A stretch of DNA of 64,000 nucleotides from a virus (lineage: Duplodnaviria > Caudoviricetes), in the IMG/VR virus record IMGVR_UViG_3300033997_000553, positions 2,008 to 66,007 of that record. One strand, 5' to 3'. A program made the position numbers and the translations under genes. The notes under the pieces were generated by a model that worked only from the letters and a program-made list of their open reading frames with translations, was not told the DNA's origin and ran no database searches. This document shows, one piece after another, positions 29,346 to 37,710 of the stretch. Position 1 is the stretch's first letter; every line of letters starts with the position of its first letter.

Positions 29346-29546
29346 CTAGAAGCCGCCGTCTGGCATTGTCGCCCTGATACTGGCCGCTATTTTTCGAAGC
29401 TCGGCGTGGGCCACAAGGCGTTCTTCTGCGGTCAGTTCCTCGCCGGCAAAGGCGTCGGCGACTGTATCCGGATCTTCCAGTAGCTCTGCCGCGAACTGGC
29501 GCGCTGTTCTTCGCGCCAGCCCATCTCTTACAAGTCTGTTGCGCAT
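29346..29546 (-). CDS. Hypothetical 66-aa moron protein
   Basis: GGAGG RBS; upstream minus-strand TTGAAA-17-TATCAA (29601-29573). Confidence 0.65.
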   Translation of the reverse strand: MRNRLVRDGLARRTARQFAAELLEDPDTVADAFAGEELTAEERLVAHAELRKIAASIRATMPDGGF

Positions 29547-29636
29547 AGCGCCTCCATTGTCGAAAGGGGTGATTGATACCCTGCTGAGTGCGTTCTTTCA
29601 ACCAGGCATGGTTCGTCCTGGCCTTGTCACGGGCTG

Positions 29637-29679
29637 ACCCCCTGTAGGGTTCGCGCCACTTCCTCCGAAAATGAACACT
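29637..29679 (+). promoter_or_regulatory. Late-promoter motif copy 5 (tail operon)
   Basis: ACCCCCTGTAGGGTT-22 nt-AACACT. Confidence 0.75.
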
Positions 29680-29818
29680 CCCGCCTGACAGCGCCGCGGA
29701 TCTTCGCGGCCAACAGGCGAGGGCGCCATGCAATCCACCGACTACAACACCTCACTCTGCGCATGCCTGGCACTTGCATGCGGCCTGCGCGCGGCCGTGT
29801 GCACGCCGAAGGCAGTGC

Positions 29819-30997
29819 ATGGATAGCGCTAAGTTCGACAGCTGGCCGGCCGGCATCAACAACCTGGCCCAGCCTCATCGGCTGCCGCAGGGTGCTGTTC
29901 GGGATCTGGTGAATCTGGACCCGGCGGAAGGTGGCACGCTGGAGTTGCGCGCGACCTTTGCTCAGGTGCTGGCATGCGCAGCCGGACGAGCAGCATTTCC
30001 TGTTGGTCGCACCGTCGTGGTGATCGATGGCGGGCAGATCCTGGCGTACTCGACGCTGACCGACGAGGCGCATCTGCTCTGCACCATCGTCGAGAACGGT
30101 CCGATCGCCGGCGCAGAGCTGAACGGCCAGCTGTACCTGGCCAGCCTGATCGAGAGCCTGCGCACCGACGGGTTTTCCGTGAAGCCCTGGGCGATCGAGG
30201 AGCCTGCGTTCTCGGTTGAGGTGATCGCCGGCGGCCTGGCTGCCGGGCTCTATCGTGTAGCTGTCACTGCGACAGGCGCAGACGGCGAAGAGTCCAGCGC
30301 TCACTCTGCCAGCATCCGGGTGCCGGCCGACGGCGGCCTGCGCATCACCAGCGCAGATCCTCGGCCGCTGCGGGTGTACGCCTCGGCGGCGAACTCGGAA
30401 ACACCTTACTACCAGGGCCTGCTGCATGGCGGCGCCCGGGCGCTGACCCGGATTGACGACAGCATGGAGCAGCTGGCTACCGATGGCCTGGTGGCCATGC
30501 CGCCGTGCACCGAATACGCCGCCTATCACGGGGTAATCATCGGGCGTTACGAGAGCGCGGTGTTCTTCTCGCTGCCCATGTGGCCCCACCTCATGGACCC
30601 GGTTTCCGGGTTCTTCCAATACGGCGCCCCCGTCACCGCCCTGGCGGTCACCGACGGCGGCGTCTTCGTCGCCGCCGACAAGACCTATTTCCTCACCGGC
30701 CTGGAGACCGACAAGCCCATGCAGCGCGTGGTGCTGGAGCTTGGCGCTGTCGAGGGCTCGGCCGTGACCCTGCCTGACGGGCGCGCGGCCTGGTTTACCC
30801 GCTACGGCCAGGCCATCGGCTCGCCGGACGGAACCATTGCGCTACCGAACCGGCAGAGCTTCGCCCCGGATATCGCCGCGAAGGGCGCCGCCGGCGTGGT
30901 GGAGCACAACGGCAACCAGATGGTGGTGACAACCATGCGCGGCATCACCCAGGCAAACAACTTGGTGGCCGGCGATTTTGCTGACCTGGAGACCTGA
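29819..30997 (+). CDS. Putative virion/tail structural protein
   Basis: WPAGINN...VRDLVNLD start and beta-propeller-like composition resembling tail nozzle proteins. Confidence 0.65.
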   Translation: MDSAKFDSWPAGINNLAQPHRLPQGAVRDLVNLDPAEGGTLELRATFAQVLACAAGRAAFPVGRTVVVIDGGQILAYSTLTDEAHLLCTIVENGPIAGAELNGQLYLASLIESLRTDGFSVKPWAIEEPAFSVEVIAGGLAAGLYRVAVTATGADGEESSAHSASIRVPADGGLRITSADPRPLRVYASAANSETPYYQGLLHGGARALTRIDDSMEQLATDGLVAMPPCTEYAAYHGVIIGRYESAVFFSLPMWPHLMDPVSGFFQYGAPVTALAVTDGGVFVAADKTYFLTGLETDKPMQRVVLELGAVEGSAVTLPDGRAAWFTRYGQAIGSPDGTIALPNRQSFAPDIAAKGAAGVVEHNGNQMVVTTMRGITQANNLVAGDFADLET

Positions 30998-30998
30998 T

Positions 30999-31526
30999 AT
31001 GAGCGAACACAACCCCGAAGGCCTGTTGGTCCGCGGCTTCCTCCATGAACTGTCGATCTACGACAAGCTGACCGGCGAGCTGGTCAGCTACGAGGTCAAG
31101 TTCAACCGCATCCCGCAGGCGGGGCTCGATTTTCTGATCCAGGCCCCGTTCGGCGACGTGGCGCAGATCCCGAACTTCTACTGCTGCCTGTTCAAGAACG
31201 ACTATGTGCCCAGCGCCGCCACCAGCGCCGCCGACCTGCCGTCGGTGATGGGCGAGTTCGTCGACTACAGCGAGGCGACTCGGCCGGTCTGGACGCGAGG
31301 CTATGACGGCGCCGGTACCCTGAACAACGCAGCAGCGAAAGCCGTGTTCACGCCGACCGCCGACGCCTCGGTCTACGGCTCCTGCATCGTCAGCAACCCG
31401 GTGAAGGGCTCGAACAGCGGCCTGGTGATTTCCGCGGTGCGCTTTTCCACCATCAAGCCGCTATCGGCCGGGCTCGAAGCCAAGCTGGTGTGCGGCCTGA
31501 CCTACATCCCTACCAACGCGATCTGA
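30999..31526 (+). CDS. Putative tail structural protein
   Basis: Coupled ORF in the tail operon. Confidence 0.65.
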   Translation: MSEHNPEGLLVRGFLHELSIYDKLTGELVSYEVKFNRIPQAGLDFLIQAPFGDVAQIPNFYCCLFKNDYVPSAATSAADLPSVMGEFVDYSEATRPVWTRGYDGAGTLNNAAAKAVFTPTADASVYGSCIVSNPVKGSNSGLVISAVRFSTIKPLSAGLEAKLVCGLTYIPTNAI

Positions 31527-31536
31527 AGAGGCAACC

Positions 31537-31977
31537 ATGATCAAAGTCAGCACTGGCTACCGCGAAGCCGTCGCCATCACTGGCAGCATTCGGGCTGCCC
31601 TCAACAATGGACTGGTCCGGATCTACTCTGGCCCGGTACCGGCATCGGCCGACGCCGCACTGGGTTCGGCGGTGCTGATGAACGAGATCAGCGCCGGCGG
31701 TACCGGCACGCCTGGCACGCTCGAACCAACCGCCCCGGGCGGGGTGATCAGCAAGAGTGCCGCCGAGAACTGGACCGGGAACAACCTGGTAGGTGGCACG
31801 CCGTCCTTTTTCCGCTATGTCCTGGCCGGCGATGCCGGTGATGCCAGCGCGACCGCGGTTCGCCTGCAGGGCACTGCTGGCGGAATTGGTAACGACATGG
31901 TGATCACCGCGCTGCCGCTGGTGGCGGGCGCGCCGCAGGCCTTCGACCTGTTCCAGCTGGTGGTACCGGAGCAATAA
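31537..31977 (+). CDS. Putative tail structural protein
   Basis: IYSGPVPASADAA motif common in small phage structural proteins. Confidence 0.7.
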   Translation: MIKVSTGYREAVAITGSIRAALNNGLVRIYSGPVPASADAALGSAVLMNEISAGGTGTPGTLEPTAPGGVISKSAAENWTGNNLVGGTPSFFRYVLAGDAGDASATAVRLQGTAGGIGNDMVITALPLVAGAPQAFDLFQLVVPEQ

Positions 31978-31980
31978 GGC

Positions 31981-33858
31981 ATGGCCAACCGCCTGCAGAA
32001 AGAGCCGCTTGCGGTCTATGTTCCGGCGGTGTCGGCGGTGCAGGAGCGGCCGGCGTATTGCATCACCACGCAGGAGCTGGCCGGTTATTCCGGCGGTGGC
32101 GGGGCGACCGATTCGCCCCCCTCGCAGCAGACCCAGTGGGGCAAAAACGACAGCCAGGTCTTCGGCGCGCCGACCTACGACCGCACTCCGGTCGTGCCCT
32201 ACGGCGGGTCGAGCTACAGCGTGTCATACAGCCCTTTGCGGCCGGTCTATGTAAACGTCGTCACCTGCTACCCGCGGCAGGTTGGCCGGGCAGCTCAGCC
32301 GGCGCGCACCGACTACCTGTCGAGCGCAGGCTGGAACGGCGGCGCGCGGAGTGTTGAGGCGGTGCCGGTGTTCGGTTTCTTCCGGGCCACCGTGCGCGTG
32401 CTGTCTGCCCTGGTGCTGGGCCTCACCGACCGCGACTTCGACTACACCTACGGCTACATGCCGTTCTCGTTTGTGGTGCGGCCAGAGGGCTACAGCATTG
32501 TCGAGCATGGCATCACCAAGACGGCAGAGGCGCCGTTGGCGGCAGGGGCGGTGCTGCAGATCCAGCGCCGCTTTGGCGGCGAGACGGTGTATCTGGTGGA
32601 CGGGGCGGAGGTTTACACCTCCGAGGAAACCACCACCGAGACGCTGTATGCCGGCGCGTTGCTCTACAGCCTGGGCGATTATGTCGATTCGCCCGCTATC
32701 GGCGCGCTAGCCACGTTGATCAGTTTCTCGGCAGAGCTTCCGGCACTGCGTGCGCTGGTCAGTGACGGCGAGCTGTTCATGCTGAGCGCGGAGCTGCCGC
32801 GGCCCCAGCTGATCGCCAGCCTGTCGCGGCTGCGTGGCCTGATCAGCTTCCGGGCTGAATTGCCGGCGCTGCAGGGCCTGGTGGCTGACCGCAGCGTGAT
32901 GCTGCTTGCCGGTGAGCTGCCGCCGCTGCGGTTCTCGGCGACCCTGGGCCGCCCCGAGGCACTGGTCAGTGGTGTATCGGCAATCCTGCCGGCGCCGGCC
33001 TTCAGCGCGCTGCTGGTTTCAGGGCAAACGATCAGCTTCTCGGCCGAACTGCCGGCGCTGGCCGGCCTGGTCGGTGACCGGCAGCTGGTGCTCATGCGCG
33101 GCAAGCTGCCGGCTGGTCTGCAGCTGCGAACCGCTGAGCCATACCTGCTGCCCGGGTTCATTGACGGCTCGGAGCTGCTATTCGCCAATGATCCGGCCGT
33201 GCTCGAGGCGGCGCTGTTGCTGGTGGGGATCGATTCGCTGGAGGTTGGCGGATTTGCCAGTATCACGCTGGTCCTCGAGCTGTTCGGCATGGACAGCCTG
33301 GCAGTCAGCGATAGCGTGTCGTTCGGCCAGTTGGTCGAAATGCTGGCCATGGAACAGGTCGCAATTAACAGCAGCGGCGCGACCGCCCAGCAGCAGGCGC
33401 TGCAGTACGCCATCAACGCGGCATCGGGGGCTCCCACGAAGTACAGCGGCTTCGACTTCCTTTCGTTCGTCAACGTCGACGGCCAGGCCTACGGGCTGAA
33501 GGCCGACGGCCTGTACCGGATCGGTGACGAGGCGGGCAGCACCGAGCTGATCAATGCGCTGATCGACTTCGGGACCAGCGAGTTCGGCGTGACGCAGACC
33601 AAGCGGGTCACCACGGCGCTGCTCGGCGTGCGTACCGATGGCGAGTGCTATCTGCGGATCGCGGCCGACGACGGGCCCGAGATCGTGTATCGCCTGGATG
33701 GCCTGGGGAATATGCAGCGCGCCAAGCTGGCCAAGGGGGTGGACGGCCGGTACTGGTCGACCCGGCTAGAACTTACCGACCTGTCGTTCGCCAAGGTCGA
33801 CTCCATAGAACTGGAAGTGGGTGTCAGTCAGCGGCACAGCTTCGGACGCAGGAAATAA
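31981..33858 (+). CDS. Putative tail structural protein with internal SF(S/R)AELPAL repeats
   Basis: 625 aa; LISFSAELPAL / LISFRAELPAL / ISFSAELPAL. Confidence 0.7.
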   Translation: MANRLQKEPLAVYVPAVSAVQERPAYCITTQELAGYSGGGGATDSPPSQQTQWGKNDSQVFGAPTYDRTPVVPYGGSSYSVSYSPLRPVYVNVVTCYPRQVGRAAQPARTDYLSSAGWNGGARSVEAVPVFGFFRATVRVLSALVLGLTDRDFDYTYGYMPFSFVVRPEGYSIVEHGITKTAEAPLAAGAVLQIQRRFGGETVYLVDGAEVYTSEETTTETLYAGALLYSLGDYVDSPAIGALATLISFSAELPALRALVSDGELFMLSAELPRPQLIASLSRLRGLISFRAELPALQGLVADRSVMLLAGELPPLRFSATLGRPEALVSGVSAILPAPAFSALLVSGQTISFSAELPALAGLVGDRQLVLMRGKLPAGLQLRTAEPYLLPGFIDGSELLFANDPAVLEAALLLVGIDSLEVGGFASITLVLELFGMDSLAVSDSVSFGQLVEMLAMEQVAINSSGATAQQQALQYAINAASGAPTKYSGFDFLSFVNVDGQAYGLKADGLYRIGDEAGSTELINALIDFGTSEFGVTQTKRVTTALLGVRTDGECYLRIAADDGPEIVYRLDGLGNMQRAKLAKGVDGRYWSTRLELTDLSFAKVDSIELEVGVSQRHSFGRRK

Positions 33859-33861
33859 ATC

Positions 33862-34803
33862 ATGGCCGGCACAATCGACGACAACATCGCGCAGCTGTTT
33901 GGCTTTGCCGAAGATGCACTGCAGGAGGCGAAGTTTGCGAGCAATCGCATATCCGGCGCCGTTCCCGGTGTTGAGGTGGCGCGCCTGGATTACACCCTGA
34001 AGAAGCCGGTGATGCAGGCGCCGACCTCGATGGCCGACCTGCTGTCGCCGGACAACTCCAGCTCGACGATCCAGTTCCTGAACGGCGAAAGCGAGAAGTG
34101 GCTGACGAAGTTCTTCCCCGAGATCCAGGCCGGCTGCCTGACCTCGACGCCGGAAGAGTGGCTGTGCGGCATCCTGACCGGGCAAAAGCCCTTCGGCCTG
34201 AGCAAAGAGGTGTTCGAGGCGGTGTGGCACGAAAGCCGCGACCGCGAATACCGGGCGCGCTCTTCCTCGGTGCGCCAGCTTAATGCCGAGTTCTCGGCCC
34301 GCGGGTTCAAGTTGCCGGTGGGGGCCCATATTGCCGCCATCACCCGCGCCGAGCGTGATGCCGCCGACGCGATCGGCGCAGTGAATCGCGCGCAGACGGT
34401 GCGCGACGCCGAGATTAAGCTGGACCTGCTGAAGTTCGCCGAGGAGCAGGCTATTCGCCTGAAGCTGGGCATCATGCAGGCCATGGCCGACTTCTACCGG
34501 CAGTGGATCGAGCTGCCCAACAAAGACCTGGAGGCCAGCCGTATCCGCACCCAGGCCTATGCGTCCTTTCAGGATGCGCTGTCCAGCTTCTACCGGGTCG
34601 AGCTGGGCTTCGAGGAGCTGCGGCTGCAGGCCGAGAATCTGCGTATGAACGGCAAGCTGGACGAGAGCCGTCTGCGGGTGGCCGCGGTGACCGGTGACTC
34701 GCGCAACGCGGCCCTGGCCCAGGCTGCGAGAGCCTACGGCGACGTGGCCAGTGCAGCGTCCAGCGCGGCTTCTACCATCAACGCCAATATCGTGTCGGGC
34801 TGA
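33862..34803 (+). CDS. Helical virion protein (possible ejection protein)
   Basis: Ala-rich coiled coil with FSARGFKLP motif. Confidence 0.65.
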   Translation: MAGTIDDNIAQLFGFAEDALQEAKFASNRISGAVPGVEVARLDYTLKKPVMQAPTSMADLLSPDNSSSTIQFLNGESEKWLTKFFPEIQAGCLTSTPEEWLCGILTGQKPFGLSKEVFEAVWHESRDREYRARSSSVRQLNAEFSARGFKLPVGAHIAAITRAERDAADAIGAVNRAQTVRDAEIKLDLLKFAEEQAIRLKLGIMQAMADFYRQWIELPNKDLEASRIRTQAYASFQDALSSFYRVELGFEELRLQAENLRMNGKLDESRLRVAAVTGDSRNAALAQAARAYGDVASAASSAASTINANIVSG

Positions 34804-36713
34804 TGCGCAAACCAGAAAGCGCGCTGCTCTCCGCCAAATCGCTCACAGCACTTGGCAACAAGTGGGTGGGCGAGGCGAGGAAGATGGCCAGGCGCTTGCT
34901 GCTGGGCAGTCTGGCGAACACCTCGACAGACCGCTTCATCGACGGCTACATGCTGCGCGCCACTCGAACTGGAAGGATCGCCCGCGGCGTAGTGATCGAC
35001 CCGCCACAAATGCTGCTGTGCCCGACCGGCGTTCGTTTGCCGATCGGCACTGTAAGCTTCGTCTACGTCGGCGGCGCCATGGTGGCCGTGGGGGAGCGCG
35101 ATCGTTTCCAGCCAGCAGTCGAGCCCGCCCAGCAGGTGCCGGAATATCCGGCGCCAGAGAGCTGGATGATCGGCTTGAGCGTCGGTTATTCGTTCGGCGA
35201 CAGCGAGACGGGGTGGGACGACCCGACCACCTACACATTCTCCACGCCGGCAGCAGGGCCGCGCGGCTGCGACATGACCCACCAGGCGACCAAGGACCGC
35301 GAGCTCGAGGACTGGTATTTCAACGCCAGCAACCCGGCTGTGCACCGGTTTTCGACAAGGAACTGGACGCTGGTGCGCGGCCCTTCACGCGCTGCGGTGG
35401 AGGAAATGACGGGCGCATTTCCGCCAAGCGCCCAGCAAGCCAACATGCTGACTTTCACCACCACGTTCGTCGATAGCCAGGCGCTCGGCTGGGCGGCGAT
35501 CCCGCGCGCTGATTCGGCATTGGACGCAAGTAACCCGCCGGAGTGGGCGCAGCGCAACGACGTGTGGGGCGTGTCGTATTACCTGGGCGAGGGCGAGACC
35601 TTGTTGCCGACCGGGCGCGGCCGGCGTTTGCATCTGCTGCTGGCCAGGCTGTTTGATGACCAGGCGTATGGCAAGTTCGACTCTCCATACAACATGCCGG
35701 GCGCGCTGTGGATTGCCACCGCCACCGCGGCGTCGGAGCTTGTGCCGGCGCCGGCCCCGGGCGATCCGCCGACCTGGATGCACACCGGCTCTATTCTGTC
35801 GGCGTCCGTATTCCAGAGCACCATGCCGCCAGGCTCGATTTCGGGTACGGAGTTCCGTTACCCGCGCGCCTGTCAGATGAAGAACGGCGTCCATGTGCTG
35901 TTGCATGCCGAGGTCGTCGATGATCCGGGCGTGCCGAACTACCGCACAGGCCGCAACATCTACGCGGCACTGAAAGCGCATGTGGTCGATGACGTGGCGT
36001 CCTACACGGTCGTTGAATCAGCAGAAGTGCTGGACCTGCTCGGCAGCACGCACTTTGTCGGCGGCGCAGCAGTGAGCGATGCGACCAGCGTATGGCTCTA
36101 TCCGCACTTCAACATCAGCGACCCGCCTCCGGCCGGGGGGCTCATGCGCGTGCTGACGTTCGACGGTACGGCGATCACCATAACCGACGTGGCGACCCCG
36201 TATGAGATCGTCCTGCCAGGCTGGGGTTATGTGCCCGTGTCCTCGATGGTGGCCTACCTGGGCGGCAACAAGCTGGGGTTCATCGCAACGCCGACCCCAT
36301 CACCAGAAACGGGCGATCCGCTCAGGACGCCAATCTCGATCCGGTTCTACCTGTATGACCTGGTGAGCGGGGCAGTAACCGAGCACGGCACTGTCGGCGA
36401 TGTGACCCTGCTCTACGAGCCCGGGTACCCGACAGCAGGTGGCGGCATCGGCGCGCTCACCGTTGTTCAGCGGGAGAGCCAGGCTGGCGAGGTGGAGCGG
36501 CCAGCGGTGCTGCTGTGGTCTACCAGCTGCGGGGAAAACCCAGCGCCGACCGGCACCTTTACCGGCACCACCTTTATGAGCATCGACGGCGGCGCAACAT
36601 GGACGCGGGTCAGCGACAAGGTGGGAGATTCCCGCGGTGTTTCGCTGCTCGGCAATGTGCTTCGCACCAATGAACCTGGACATGCGTGGTTTCCAGAGCC
36701 ACCAGCACCGTGA
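34803..36713 (+). CDS. Hypothetical virion protein
   Basis: 636 aa, coupled; C-terminal SIDGGATW BNR-like motif. Confidence 0.7.
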   Translation: MRKPESALLSAKSLTALGNKWVGEARKMARRLLLGSLANTSTDRFIDGYMLRATRTGRIARGVVIDPPQMLLCPTGVRLPIGTVSFVYVGGAMVAVGERDRFQPAVEPAQQVPEYPAPESWMIGLSVGYSFGDSETGWDDPTTYTFSTPAAGPRGCDMTHQATKDRELEDWYFNASNPAVHRFSTRNWTLVRGPSRAAVEEMTGAFPPSAQQANMLTFTTTFVDSQALGWAAIPRADSALDASNPPEWAQRNDVWGVSYYLGEGETLLPTGRGRRLHLLLARLFDDQAYGKFDSPYNMPGALWIATATAASELVPAPAPGDPPTWMHTGSILSASVFQSTMPPGSISGTEFRYPRACQMKNGVHVLLHAEVVDDPGVPNYRTGRNIYAALKAHVVDDVASYTVVESAEVLDLLGSTHFVGGAAVSDATSVWLYPHFNISDPPPAGGLMRVLTFDGTAITITDVATPYEIVLPGWGYVPVSSMVAYLGGNKLGFIATPTPSPETGDPLRTPISIRFYLYDLVSGAVTEHGTVGDVTLLYEPGYPTAGGGIGALTVVQRESQAGEVERPAVLLWSTSCGENPAPTGTFTGTTFMSIDGGATWTRVSDKVGDSRGVSLLGNVLRTNEPGHAWFPEPPAP

Positions 36714-36724
36714 GGTAGGACAAG

Positions 36725-37630
36725 ATGAGTGAAACGCTACTGCTCCCAGAAGCCACGCCGCGGCTTGTAGATGCGGCCACCGGCCTGATCACACCGGCGC
36801 CGGAGAACGCCAAGGGTTTCAGCATCGACGGCCAGCACCTGATCGCGTACGCGGGGAGCGCGCCGGCAACGATTCGGGTGCACCTTACCGCAGACATGGG
36901 CGTCTACTGGGATCTGCCGATGGGCAAGACCGTGCTGGGCCCGCTGTTTGGTAGCCCCCATCTAGTGGTGCATAGCGGGTTGTTCCTGCAGGCTGTTTCA
37001 TATCTGGACGGATCGGTGCTGTGGAGCGTATCGCGCAATGGCGCCATATCAATCACTCCCGCCATTGATGCCCCGATCTTCTTCCGCACTACCGACGAAG
37101 AAGTTCCGAGAATACAGCGGCTAAGCGCTGAAAGCGGAAGCGTGACGGCAACCCTGAGCTCCAACTCCTCCTCGATAGTGGTTTCCGCGGCCGGTGGATA
37201 TGCCGCCATCCCCAAGTACACAGGCGTGGAGGTGTACAACACGACCACCGGGGCGTTGGTGGGGCTGATTCCATACCCGCCCGCGTCGGGAAGCGGGTCT
37301 CAGTGTGATGCGGATATCCACCCCGACGGTGACAGGATCGTGGTCATTGCTCGAGGCGATGCGGACACGGCTGGCGTGTATTCCCTTCCGGGGCTTGCCC
37401 TGCAGCACGACCTCACGGGCGTTATGAACTACGGGGCGCGCTATAGCCCAGGCGGCAGCTACCTGTATGGGATTCTCGCGCCCATTGCCACGGTCTACGA
37501 TGCGAACACGCTTGAAGCCCTGCACAACTTCGAGGTGAACAGCTTGGGGGTTTCGTGGGGCGCCGAGATGGTGCCGCCCGTTGTGCCGCGGTTCTGGACC
37601 GGCCTCAAGCAGTCCAGCGAGATCGTGTAG
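36725..37630 (+). CDS. Beta-propeller-like hypothetical protein
   Basis: Repeated HPDG/SPGG turns; C-terminal PRFWT motif. Confidence 0.65.
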   Translation: MSETLLLPEATPRLVDAATGLITPAPENAKGFSIDGQHLIAYAGSAPATIRVHLTADMGVYWDLPMGKTVLGPLFGSPHLVVHSGLFLQAVSYLDGSVLWSVSRNGAISITPAIDAPIFFRTTDEEVPRIQRLSAESGSVTATLSSNSSSIVVSAAGGYAAIPKYTGVEVYNTTTGALVGLIPYPPASGSGSQCDADIHPDGDRIVVIARGDADTAGVYSLPGLALQHDLTGVMNYGARYSPGGSYLYGILAPIATVYDANTLEALHNFEVNSLGVSWGAEMVPPVVPRFWTGLKQSSEIV

Positions 37631-37640
37631 CCTGGCTGTA

Positions 37641-37683
37641 ACCCCCTGTAGGGTTAGCGCGTCGCCCGGACAGCGCCAAGAAT
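37641..37683 (+). promoter_or_regulatory. Late-promoter motif copy 6 (ejection/polyvalent operon)
   Basis: ACCCCCTGTAGGGTT-22 nt-AAGAAT. Confidence 0.75.
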
Positions 37684-37710
37684 CGCCGTACATACCCCGA
37701 GGGCTCCTCT

